From NCBI GenBank assembly GCA_038255915.1, contig JBBSKY010000003.1, forward strand, positions 10,577 to 74,576: a DNA stretch of 64,000 bases, read 5' to 3'. This DNA is from Acidimicrobiales bacterium (GTDB lineage: Bacteria; Actinomycetota; Acidimicrobiia; Acidimicrobiales; JAUJNH01). The position numbers were made by a program, and so were the translations under genes. Of this stretch, positions 12,709-20,957 are shown piece after piece. How positions within the stretch are numbered: position 1 is the stretch's first letter; each line of letters begins with the position of its first letter. The notes beneath the pieces are model-generated. The model was given only the letters and a program-made list of their open reading frames with translations, did no database searches and was not told the origin of the DNA.

Positions 12709-13296
12709 ATGATCATGTTTCCTGCGGAGCGCCCAGCAGGGCTGCAACGCCGTTCGATCCGGGCCGGTACGGATCTGTGGCGCATCGACGGATCCGAACC
12801 CGCCACTTGGACCTGGGCAGGATTCGCGACACCTCGCTACCGCTTCGATCCGACCTCGGGCGCGTTCCGGACCCGCTACGCCGGCACGCGACGCCATGGC
12901 GCAGCGCGGGAGCGCTACGCCGGCACCGGCCGGGTCATCCCTGCCGCACATGCTGACGATCACCTCGTGCACCTACGTACCACCCGCTCGCTTCGGGTCC
13001 TGGACCTGCGCGGAGAACGCACCCAAGACCTCCTCGGCGTCGACGACCAGATCAACACGAGCCGCTCAGCCGACCACTTCGCCGCCTGCCAGAATCTGGC
13101 CGATGCCGCTCCCCGCTGGTGGGACGACCTCGACGGCATCCTCTACCGATCACGGACCACAGCTCAGGACTCACCGAACCTGGCGTTCTGGGCCCTCGAC
13201 GGATTCGACGTCGATACCACGCGCCTCGGCGACGCAACGGAGTTCCTCGCCGAGCTTGTGCTCCACCGTCGCTTCACCGTCGACTTCGCCTTCTAG
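12709..13296 (+). CDS. RES-domain toxin
   Basis: ATG at 12709 (MIMFPAERP), 13 nt after the antitoxin stop. R...E...S pattern: PRYRFDP, AARERYAG, ILYRSR. Confidence 0.8.
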   Translation: MIMFPAERPAGLQRRSIRAGTDLWRIDGSEPATWTWAGFATPRYRFDPTSGAFRTRYAGTRRHGAARERYAGTGRVIPAAHADDHLVHLRTTRSLRVLDLRGERTQDLLGVDDQINTSRSADHFAACQNLADAAPRWWDDLDGILYRSRTTAQDSPNLAFWALDGFDVDTTRLGDATEFLAELVLHRRFTVDFAF

Positions 13297-13504
13297 CGAG
13301 AGCATCCGAGCGAAACGCCGCGCCACCGGATCCCACGCCGGCCCGCAACGGTCGCCGCCGACCAAGGCCGGACCCCGCAAGGCAAGACGCTCAGCAACCC
13401 GCAGCAATCAGAGCGTGGATCACCGCGGCCGCGAGCGTGATGCGATCGGTTGCGTCGGTGGCCGGGCCGTTGACGCTGGCCTGCAGCACTGCCAGCCAAT
13501 TTTG

Positions 13505-13591
13505 CTACTCGATCCGCATCCCCGACAGCGCCCTGGCGATGACCAGCTGCTGGATCTGCTCAGTGCCCTCGAAGAGGTCGTAGGTGTGGCA
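13505..13591 (-). pseudogene. Displaced 3'-end fragment of the acyl-CoA dehydrogenase gene (left direct repeat, attL side)
   Basis: 13505..13591 aligns to 18002..18088 with 8 mismatches in 87 nt (5 in the first 79). It reverse-translates to ...TYDLFEGTEQIQQLVIARALSGMRIE*, against ...IYDIFEGTEQIQQLVIARALSGMRIE* in the intact gene. There is no coding continuation upstream. Confidence 0.75.
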
Positions 13592-13737
13592 AAGGGGTCC
13601 AGCCCGTCGAGAATCCCAGCAAACCAAAGGCTTTCTGTGCATCCGTTCCGCCCGGATCCGGCCGTTGGCGGGGGGTACTAGTCCCGAACTAGTCCCGCGA
13701 GGCTCCGAAGCGCTTCCAGCGGGACGCCCACAGCGCG

Positions 13738-14016
13738 CTACTGCGGGAGGAGGTGAGCGTGCCGCAGCTCATCGATGGCCTGATCCGGCACCCCGACGAC
13801 GTCGAGGTGCACGATCGGGTCATCGTCCGGCCCCTCGATCACCTCGACGACACGGGCCAGGAACGGCTCGACGGGGTCACCAGCGACGATCAACGCTCCA
13901 GGTCGCACCCGGTTCGGTTCCGCCGCCTCGCTGAGGAACGCCCAGACGTAGCCGGTCTCGTCCACCTGGTTCACGTCAGCGTTCAGGGTGACCGCAACGC
14001 TGTTCTGCTCGGTCAC
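13738..14016 (-). CDS. Hypothetical protein (orf92), island cargo
   Basis: ORF track, 92 aa with normal composition. Its start overlaps the stop of orf142 by 4 nt (ATGA). No motif recognised. Confidence 0.55.
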   Translation of the reverse strand: MTEQNSVAVTLNADVNQVDETGYVWAFLSEAAEPNRVRPGALIVAGDPVEPFLARVVEVIEGPDDDPIVHLDVVGVPDQAIDELRHAHLLPQ

Positions 14017-14441
14017 TGGTCCCTCCTGACGTAGTGCGGGTTACCACGAATCTCGCCCAGCACGTCGAGCAGGCGCTGGGCGACCTCTTCAGTGTACGCA
14101 GGCAGCACCACGCTGTAGTGGGGCGCCTGGAACGTGGGGAGCAACGTGAAGCCCACGTCCGCCAAGGAGCCAACGAGAGCCGCTGCGTAGCTCCGTCGGA
14201 CTCGCAGGCGCGGCCCAGAGAGGATCGTGTCGACATTCCATCCGGTCACCGTGACCTCCGCCGAGATGGCCACAAGCGGCTTCCCGGCAAGGGAGTACCG
14301 GCGACGCGTGGCGTCGGCATTTCGGAGGACCCCATCAATGGTCAAGGGCCAACCGCGCACGACGAGCTGTGCCCTAGGTTCGAGCTCTTCCGCGGTCCTC
14401 ACGTAGAGCTCGATAGGAGTCATCCGACCTGTCCGCGACAC
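14013..14441 (-). CDS. Hypothetical protein (orf142), island cargo
   Basis: ORF track, 142 aa. GTG at 14441 lies 3 nt after the tetR stop; an alternative ATG is at 14423 (MTPIELYV). No motif recognised. Confidence 0.55.
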   Translation of the reverse strand: MSRTGRMTPIELYVRTAEELEPRAQLVVRGWPLTIDGVLRNADATRRRYSLAGKPLVAISAEVTVTGWNVDTILSGPRLRVRRSYAAALVGSLADVGFTLLPTFQAPHYSVVLPAYTEEVAQRLLDVLGEIRGNPHYVRRDQ

Positions 14442-14444
14442 CCG

Positions 14445-15074
14445 CTAGCCGATCCCCGCGTCGGTGAGCGCACCGTCCAGGATCCACCGCGCCGTCGTGA
14501 CCATGACCTCGAGCGCGGGGTTGGGCTCGAGGTGCACGACGTCGGTCAGGCTGATCGCGGCCTCGGTCCCGACGGCGATCGCGAGCGCGTTGACGAGCTG
14601 GTCCATCTGCTCGTCGGTCATCCTCCCGTCGAGCGGGATGAGCGCGTGGCGCGCCAGTGCGGTTCGGCGACCCTCGCGCACCGGGACCCGCTCGTCGGGG
14701 GGGAGCTGCTGCTGGGCGAACCACGTGTCCCAGCCCACACGGGCGGCGGTTCGGAACGGAGCCTGGTTGTGGAGGATGAGCTTGCCGAGCTTGCGGGCGA
14801 GCGCCTCGACCCGGGCATGGACGTCGCCGCCGGCGCGGTCGATGGCGGCGGTGACCTCCTCGAGGCTCAGGAGGTACACGATGGTGTGGAGCGAGGCCTC
14901 CTCCGCCAGGGCGTCAGATGAGGGGAAGTACCGGTAGGCCGTGGCGACGGAGACCTGGGCTCGCTCGGCCACGTCGGGGACGGTGACGGCCTTCCCGTCA
15001 CCCAGGAGCTTCACCGCGGCGTCGAGGATCGCCTTGCGGGTGCGGGCCTTCTGGTTCGTCCGGCCGTCAGTCAT
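14445..15074 (-). CDS. TetR-family transcriptional regulator
   Basis: ATG at 15074 preceded by GAGGGAGG. N-terminal HTH is RTRKAILDAAVKLLGDGKAVTVPDVAERAQVSVATAYRYFPS. The track ORF extension to 15302 overlaps the divergent gene. Confidence 0.85.
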   Translation of the reverse strand: MTDGRTNQKARTRKAILDAAVKLLGDGKAVTVPDVAERAQVSVATAYRYFPSSDALAEEASLHTIVYLLSLEEVTAAIDRAGGDVHARVEALARKLGKLILHNQAPFRTAARVGWDTWFAQQQLPPDERVPVREGRRTALARHALIPLDGRMTDEQMDQLVNALAIAVGTEAAISLTDVVHLEPNPALEVMVTTARWILDGALTDAGIG

Positions 15075-15086
15075 AAAACCTCCCTC

Positions 15087-15116
15087 TTGACATGCGAGCA
15101 CCGTCGCATGATGATA
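15087..15116 (+). promoter_or_regulatory. Candidate promoter with embedded TetR operator palindrome
   Basis: TTGACA at 15087-15092. Perfect inverted repeat catgcga-N6-tcgcatg at 15091-15110. ATGATA at 15111-15116. It lies between the divergent tetR and SnoaL-like genes. Confidence 0.45.
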
Positions 15117-15147
15117 CCAGCATACCAACACGAGAGCGAGGACGGAC

Positions 15148-15564
15148 ATGCAGACGGACGAGAAGCTGGCCCTGATCCACAAGCACCTCGATGCCGAGGG
15201 TGCCGGCGATATCGAGATGGCCTGCTCGGTGTACGCCGAGGGCATCGAGCACCATGCGGTTGGGTTCCCCGGTGCGCCGTGCTTCGGCATCGAGGCCGCC
15301 AAGGCGTTCTACGGGTACCTGACGGCGAACGTCCGGACGACCGGCGAGCGCCCGTTGCACCAGTACGTGACCGCTGAAGGCGCGATCGTGCTGGAGGCGG
15401 AGATGTCCGCCGACGTGATCGGCGAGTTCATGGGGATCCCGGGCAACGGGCGGAACATCACCTTCCGGATCCTCCACGTGTTTGAGTTCGACGACTCGCT
15501 AATCACCCGGGAGCAGGTCTGGCTCGACACCGGAGCCATCGTCGCCCAGCTCACCGCCGCCTGA
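15148..15564 (+). CDS. SnoaL-like / ester-cyclase-like NTF2-fold protein
   Basis: 138 aa. N-terminal KLALIHKHLDAEGAGDIE..., ...FRILHVFEFDDSLITREQVWLD. Its size and pattern are typical of SnoaL-like polyketide-cyclase-fold proteins. It is divergent from tetR. Confidence 0.65.
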   Translation: MQTDEKLALIHKHLDAEGAGDIEMACSVYAEGIEHHAVGFPGAPCFGIEAAKAFYGYLTANVRTTGERPLHQYVTAEGAIVLEAEMSADVIGEFMGIPGNGRNITFRILHVFEFDDSLITREQVWLDTGAIVAQLTAA

Positions 15565-16482
15565 CCGGAATGCTGCAGGTGTTCTCCGCTCGATGCTCCC
15601 GGCGATGAACCCCGACGAGCGCACGGCCCTGACGAGGGCCAGGCCAGGTCGTTGCCCATTGAGCGGCAGTCCATGACGATGTAGGCGCCCGCAGCCCTGC
15701 GCAGGATGACCGACACTCGGGGGCACGGTGACCCGGGCGGTAGGCCAGCTGGCCGCCGTGGCGGAACATTCCTTGCCACCCATGTCCCTGCCGGGGAACA
15801 AGCCGGGGTGACGAGCAGGGTGAGCAGCCGCACGTCGAAGACCTCGCACAGGTCGACGAAGCGGGCCCCCAGGTCGTGCTAGGTCGCCCTGGCCAGCCTG
15901 CTGTCCAGCCTCGACGGCGTCGTCCTGGTGGCCGAGGACGGCGGCAGCCTGACCGCCTCCGACGTCACGTCGTCCTCGGCGTCCCGTCAATCGCCACCCG
16001 CCCTGCCGTGGCCCGCACCATCGACGCCGGTCTTCTCATCACCAGCGCCTCCACCGGCTGCCACAGCTCTGCCACCTCCGCACCCTCGCCCTCACCCCTG
16101 ACCGCGCCCCGAACGGCAGCCCGACCAAAGACACAGACTTGCCATTGCCGAAAATCGGCAATGACCGTGTCCTGTTCGGTCGTGGTGCGCACCTAGCCAG
16201 GGGTGTGGGACCTGTGGCGCTAGTGGACGTCGGTGGGGTCGGTTTCGCCCTCTGCGGGGAGAGAACCGAGCGTGTGGGCCTCGGGCCCCTGCGCCCGGTC
16301 GAAGTACTGGCAGGGCAGTCGAATCAGGCTGAGCGGCGTCATCCTCGACCCGTCCGGAAGCCATGTCGACGGCCAGGTGCTCCTCGGCGGCAGCGGCCGC
16401 AGCGGCGCTGCCCTTCTCGACCGGCGCCAGCACGGCGAAGGGCGCTCGTGCCGCCTACGCATCCCGTCCATGGAGGCCGGGC

Positions 16483-16746
16483 ATGACAGACCAGATGGCC
16501 AGGACGGGCTCCGGCATCGGCCAGGTTCCAGCGGCGCCGGCAACGCTGGAGGGGCTGCCGCTGATGCTGACCATCGCCGAGGCGGCTGAGGTGCTTCGGA
16601 TCAGCCGGAGCTCGGCCTACAAGCTGGCGGAGGAGCACCGGACGAGCGGGGGCGCCTCCGGGTTGCCGACGGTCAGGCTCGGGGGGCGGCTGCTGGTGCG
16701 GCTCGTCGATCTCGCAGCCATCGTCGGCCTCGAACCGTTCCGGTGA
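16483..16746 (+). CDS. Excisionase-family HTH DNA-binding protein
   Basis: ATG at 16483 with GGAGG 6 nt upstream. LTIAEAAEVLRISRSSAYKLAEE...LPTVRLGGRLLV is typical of the excisionase/HTH_17 class. It is convergent with the integrase gene (8-nt gap). Confidence 0.75.
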   Translation: MTDQMARTGSGIGQVPAAPATLEGLPLMLTIAEAAEVLRISRSSAYKLAEEHRTSGGASGLPTVRLGGRLLVRLVDLAAIVGLEPFR

Positions 16747-16754
16747 CCGCCACC

Positions 16755-17867
16755 TCAGGTCGGTGGGCCGTCGATGCGGGCGGCGAGGGAGGCGGCGACG
16801 CCGACCTGGCCCTTCTCGATCTCCTGGGCGTAGATCCGGAGGAGGGTGTCGGGCGAGTGACCGAGGCGGGCGGCCACGGTGACCGGGTCGTGACCGTCGC
16901 GCAGGGCGGTGCTGGCGGCCCAGTGGCGGAGGTCATGGAGGACGATGCCGGCGCCTCGGCCGTAGGGGATGCCGGCCCGCTTGGACGCCCGCTTGAAGAC
17001 CTCGTAGAGCCAGCGGGGCGAGGGTGGGTCGGCGGCGCCGGGCTCGGACAGTATCCATGCGGTCGGGGCGCCGACCAGCTCCTCGACCTCGGCCTTCCAG
17101 GTCAGGATCGCGGTCACCGTGCCAGCGTCGAGGAGGACGCTTCGGTCACGCCCGGTCTTGGTCCGGTCACGAAGGAGGACCTGACCGTCCATGGAGTGGC
17201 GCTGGCGGCCGATGCGGAGCACGGTGGCGGTCAGGTCGCTCCAAGCCAAAGCGACGATTTCGGCCTCTCGGGCGCCGGTGACCGCAGCGATGCGGAGGCC
17301 GAGGCCGGCACGGGCGTCCTCTGCCTCGGCTGCCTGGAGGAGGGCGACGACCTGCTCGGGGGTCGGGGTGACGGAGCGGCGGCCTGTCGAGAGCCGGGGG
17401 GCGGCGTCGGCGACCGGGTTCGACCTGAGCATCCGGCGGGACACACCCCAGGAGCACGCCGCCTTGAGGGCGGACACCCGGCTGCGGATGGCGCCGTCGC
17501 CCACACCCCGCCGGCGCATCTGGGCGAGCCAGGCGTCGATTCGGAGCGGGTCGAGGTCGAGCAGGCGGACGGTTCCGAGGTCTGCGGCGATGAGCGACGC
17601 GCGGCTTCGGTGGTCACGGGCGGTCAGGGGTTGCCAGTCGTGAGCCCGAGCCTCCTGCCACATGGTCAACAGGTCGGTCACCGTGAAGCCGACGCTCGAG
17701 GGTGCGTGACCACGGATCTCGGCTTCCCAGACCGCCACCTCGAGCCTGACCACCTTCTTGGTCCCGTGGAAGATCTTCCCAACCTGTCGACCGGGGGAGC
17801 CGGTCGGCGGCGGCACGAAGACGCGGGCGTACCAGACACCCGGTCGGCGCTCGATCAGGGTGGCCAC
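16755..17867 (-). CDS. Tyrosine recombinase / phage-type integrase
   Basis: The last 370 codons of the 826-aa track ORF, from GTG at 17867. Motifs: AVTGAREAEIVALAWSDL (Arg I region), HDLRHWAAS, and LGHSPDTLLRIYAQ (His-X-X-Arg ... Tyr). Confidence 0.9.
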   Translation of the reverse strand: MATLIERRPGVWYARVFVPPPTGSPGRQVGKIFHGTKKVVRLEVAVWEAEIRGHAPSSVGFTVTDLLTMWQEARAHDWQPLTARDHRSRASLIAADLGTVRLLDLDPLRIDAWLAQMRRRGVGDGAIRSRVSALKAACSWGVSRRMLRSNPVADAAPRLSTGRRSVTPTPEQVVALLQAAEAEDARAGLGLRIAAVTGAREAEIVALAWSDLTATVLRIGRQRHSMDGQVLLRDRTKTGRDRSVLLDAGTVTAILTWKAEVEELVGAPTAWILSEPGAADPPSPRWLYEVFKRASKRAGIPYGRGAGIVLHDLRHWAASTALRDGHDPVTVAARLGHSPDTLLRIYAQEIEKGQVGVAASLAARIDGPPT

Positions 17868-18001
17868 GGGACTACAGGGTAGGACTAGTGGAGCCCTCTT
17901 GACTAGTCCTGCACTAGATCTGCTCGACCCGAAAGGGGTCCCGACGACCTCCAGAGGCGAGCGCCGATCGGCCGCCAAAGGGCGAGAATCCCGCCTGGTT
18001 A

Positions 18002-18088
18002 CTACTCGATCCGCATCCCTGACAGCGCCCGGGCGATGACCAACTGCTGGATCTGCTCGGTGCCCTCGAAGATGTCGTAGATCTTGGC
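18002..18088. repeat. Right direct repeat (attR side), forming the functional 3' end of the acyl-CoA dehydrogenase gene
   Basis: See the alignment with 13505..13591. Confidence 0.75.
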
Positions 18089-19222
18089 GTCGCGGTGCAT
18101 GCGCTCCACCGGGTACTCCCTCGTGTAGCCGTAGCCGGCCAGGATCTGCATGGCTCGTTCGGTGACCCAGACGGCGGTGCGGCCGGCCTTCAGCTTGGAC
18201 TGGCTGCCTTCGGCGTTGGTGTAGCCGCCGTTGCGGGCCATCCACGCCGCCCGCCACACGAGCAGGCGGGAGGCGTCGATCTCGGTGATCATGTCGGCGA
18301 GCATGAAGGCGATGGCCTGGTTCTGGATGATGGGCTTGCCGAAGGCCTTGCGCTCCTTGGCGTAGTCGCGGGCCTCCTCCCAGGCGGCGCGGGCGATGCC
18401 CACAGCCATGGCGCCTACGGAGGGGCGGGTGGCCTCGAAGGTGGCCATGGCCGGCTGCTTGGCGCCGGTGACGCCGGCCTCTCGGGCCCGGGCCAGCTTC
18501 AGGTCCAGCTTGTCCCTGCCGCCCAGGAGGCAGGCGCCGGGGATGCGGACGTCGTCGAGGACGACCTCGGCGGTGTGGCTGGCCCGGATGCCGTGCTTCT
18601 TGTACTTCTGGCCCTGGCTGAGGCCCGGGGTGTTGGGCCCGATGACGAAGGTGGCCTGACCCCGGCTCTTCAGGGCGGGCTCGACGGTGGCGACCACCAC
18701 GTGGACATCGGCGATGCCGCCGTTGGTGATCCACGCCTTGGTGCCGTTCAGCACCCACTCGTCGGTGGCCTGGTCGTACACGGCCCGGGTGCGCAGGCTC
18801 GACACGTCCGATCCGGCGTCGGGCTCGCTGACGCAGAAGGCGGCCAAGCGCAGCTTCTCGCCACCGCCGCCGCCGAAGCACTGCGGGGCCCACTCCATCG
18901 TCTGCTCGGGCTTGCCCGCTGCCGCGATGCCGGCGGCGGCCAGGCCCGAGCCGAAGATGGAAAGGCCGATGCCGGCGTCGCCCCAGAACAGCTCCTCCAA
19001 TGCGATGGGCAAGGTGAGGCCGGTCTCGTCGGCCATGGCGTTGGCGAAGAAGTCGAAGGAGTACAGGCCGATCTCGGCCGCCTGCTCGACGATCGGGTAC
19101 GGGTACTCCTCCCGCTCGTCCCACTCGTGAGCGGCGGGGCGCACCACCTCCTCGGCGAAGTCGTGCACCCACTTCTGGATGGTCTGCTGGTCCTCGCTGA
19201 GGGAGAGGGAGAAGTCGGTCAC
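18002..19222 (-). CDS. Acyl-CoA dehydrogenase
   Basis: 406 aa. Motifs: AFCVSEPDAGSD, WITNGG, KAFGKPIIQNQAIAFMLADM, YDIFEGTEQIQQLVIARAL. Confidence 0.93.
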   Translation of the reverse strand: MTDFSLSLSEDQQTIQKWVHDFAEEVVRPAAHEWDEREEYPYPIVEQAAEIGLYSFDFFANAMADETGLTLPIALEELFWGDAGIGLSIFGSGLAAAGIAAAGKPEQTMEWAPQCFGGGGGEKLRLAAFCVSEPDAGSDVSSLRTRAVYDQATDEWVLNGTKAWITNGGIADVHVVVATVEPALKSRGQATFVIGPNTPGLSQGQKYKKHGIRASHTAEVVLDDVRIPGACLLGGRDKLDLKLARAREAGVTGAKQPAMATFEATRPSVGAMAVGIARAAWEEARDYAKERKAFGKPIIQNQAIAFMLADMITEIDASRLLVWRAAWMARNGGYTNAEGSQSKLKAGRTAVWVTERAMQILAGYGYTREYPVERMHRDAKIYDIFEGTEQIQQLVIARALSGMRIE

Positions 19223-19261
19223 CAGGGCACCTCACTGCAGGTCACGCCGCCGGACGGCTCA

Positions 19262-19277
19262 GTTACCGAACGGTAAC
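19262..19277. promoter_or_regulatory. Inverted repeat GTTACCG-aa-CGGTAAC upstream of the acyl-CoA dehydrogenase gene (candidate operator)
   Basis: 7-bp perfect arms located 40-55 nt upstream of the ATG at 19222. Confidence 0.3.
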
Positions 19278-19407
19278 ATGCCTCCCGGGCTCACCAATTC
19301 ACCAAGGACAGCCTCCGCCCGCACAGCCGTTCGCCGGGGAGCAGCAGCCGGAAAGGGGCCGTCAAACCGGAAGAGGCGCCGGGCACGTCGCGGATCCGCA
19401 ATGAAGA

Positions 19408-20775
19408 TCAGCGCCGAAGGCGTGTGCCCTGTGGCGTGTCCTCCACCGCCCAGCCCCGCTCGACCAGCTCGGCTCGCAGGCGGTCGGCGGCCGCCCAGTC
19501 CTTGGCTTCGCGGGCCTGGTCGCGGGCCGAGGCCAGGTCGAGGGCGGCGGGATCGATCTCCCCGGTCTTGCCGGCCAGGTCGAGGCCCACGGCCCCGGTC
19601 GCCTCCCGCACCAGGCGCACCAGCCGGGCGGCGTCGTCGGGGCGGTCGGCGTCGAGGGCGGCGTTGGCCTCCCGGGCCCAGTCGAACACCAGGGCCAGGG
19701 CCCGCACGGTGTTGAGGTCGTCCTCCATGGCCGCCACCCACGGCTCGAGCGCCGCCCGGTCGAGCGGCGCCTCCGGGTCGAGGTCGGCTTCGATGGCCCG
19801 GCGGTCGAGGCGGTCGAGGGTGCCCAGGCTGCGCTCGGCGGCGCCGATCGAGGCGGTGTCGACCAGCAGCGGCGAGCGGTAGTGGGCCTGGAGGAGGAGC
19901 AGGCGGTAGGCCCGGTGGTCGACCCGCTCCAGCAGGTCGGTGAGCGAGGTGAAGTTTCCCAGGCTCTTCGACATCTTCTCGCCGGCGGCGTCGACCACAA
20001 AGGCGTGGTGCATCCAGTGCCGGGCGAAGGCGCGCCCAAGGACCAGGGCGTGGGCCCGCTCGTTCTCGTGGTGGGGGAACTTGAGGTCGAGCCCGCCGGT
20101 GTGCAGGTCGAAGCCGTCGCCCAGGAGGTCGAGGCTCATGGCCACGCACTCGGTGTGCCAGCCCGGCCGGCCGTCGCCCCACGGCGAGGCCCACGTGGGC
20201 TCGCCCGGCTTGGCCAGCTTCCAGAGCACGAAGTCGAGCGGGTTGCGCTTCTCCTCCTGGCGACCCTCGTCGACCCGCTCGGTGGTGCGCAGCTGGCGCA
20301 GGTCCTGTTGGGCCAGCAGGCCGTAGCCCTCGACCTCCTCGACGGCCAGGTACACCCCGTCGGAGGTCGGGTACGCGGCGCCGCGCTCGACCAGCTCGGC
20401 GATCACCTCGATCATCCGCGTCACGAAGTCGGTGGCCTTGGGGGCGTCGGTCGGGCGCAGGGCGCCGAGGCGGTCGACCGCCGCCCACCACTCGGCCTCG
20501 TAGCGCCGGGCCACTTCGGCGGGGTCCTCGCCCAGAGCCTGGCCACGCTTGATGATGTTGTCGTCGATGTCGGTGACGTTGGAGACGTGGCGGACCTCGA
20601 GACCCGACCACTCGAGGAAGCGGCGCAGGATGTCGTAGGTCAGGATCGAGCGGCCGTGCCCGATGTGGGGCAGGTCATAGACGGTGGGGCCGCACACGTA
20701 CAGCGACACCCGCCCGGGGTCGCGCTGGGCCAGCTGGCGCACCATCCCTGTGGCCGTGTCGTGCAGCCGGAGCAT
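19408..20775 (-). CDS. cysS: Cysteine--tRNA ligase
   Basis: 455 aa. CGPTVYDLPHIGHGR (HIGH), WHTECV, KMSKSLGN, and a C-terminal KDWAAADRLRAEL...GW. Confidence 0.95.
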   Translation of the reverse strand: MLRLHDTATGMVRQLAQRDPGRVSLYVCGPTVYDLPHIGHGRSILTYDILRRFLEWSGLEVRHVSNVTDIDDNIIKRGQALGEDPAEVARRYEAEWWAAVDRLGALRPTDAPKATDFVTRMIEVIAELVERGAAYPTSDGVYLAVEEVEGYGLLAQQDLRQLRTTERVDEGRQEEKRNPLDFVLWKLAKPGEPTWASPWGDGRPGWHTECVAMSLDLLGDGFDLHTGGLDLKFPHHENERAHALVLGRAFARHWMHHAFVVDAAGEKMSKSLGNFTSLTDLLERVDHRAYRLLLLQAHYRSPLLVDTASIGAAERSLGTLDRLDRRAIEADLDPEAPLDRAALEPWVAAMEDDLNTVRALALVFDWAREANAALDADRPDDAARLVRLVREATGAVGLDLAGKTGEIDPAALDLASARDQAREAKDWAAADRLRAELVERGWAVEDTPQGTRLRR

Positions 20776-20957
20776 GGCCGCAGGATAGAGGTGGCGACGC
20801 GGCAGGCCGGTAGGGATTGGGCGGCTGCTAGGGTCGTTCTTCGGTCAGGCGTGCCTCAGCCTGGCCTCTCCCCCCGGTGCATCGTGCGTTGAGGCTCGCA
20901 GCGACCCGCTCCTGAAGCTGGCCCGCCACCTCGTCGCAACAGATCCTGGAGATCAAC

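Larger units (their letters stand above)
13505..18088. mobile_element. Integrated ~4.6-kb integrase/excisionase element (decayed prophage/AICE-like remnant) in the 3' end of an acyl-CoA dehydrogenase gene
   Basis: Evidence is the flanking 87-nt imperfect direct repeats, a tyrosine recombinase adjacent to the right repeat, an excisionase-like HTH gene, visibly more AT-rich stretches, and short motifs repeated on both arms. Confidence 0.75.

Noticed and set aside
11925-12806. 293-aa minus-strand ORF opposite the Xre-like antitoxin
   Set aside because: There are no motifs, and it is antisense to a gene pair with recognisable RES/Xre features and proper spacing.
15600-15900. Possible degraded DDE transposase/integrase-core remnant (fragments such as GKE.., RPG.P.., AYIV in different minus-strand frames)
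   Set aside because: The matches are a few residues long, need several frameshifts and are not convincing by eye. This is reported only as decayed, gene-free island DNA.
16755-19235. 826-aa minus-strand ORF apparently fusing the acyl-CoA dehydrogenase region to the integrase
   Set aside because: The N-terminal ~450 codons are an out-of-frame Arg/Pro/Gly shadow of the dehydrogenase gene, whose true frame is 18002..19222. Integrase motifs begin only after GTG 17867, and the att repeat and intergenic arm lie in between.
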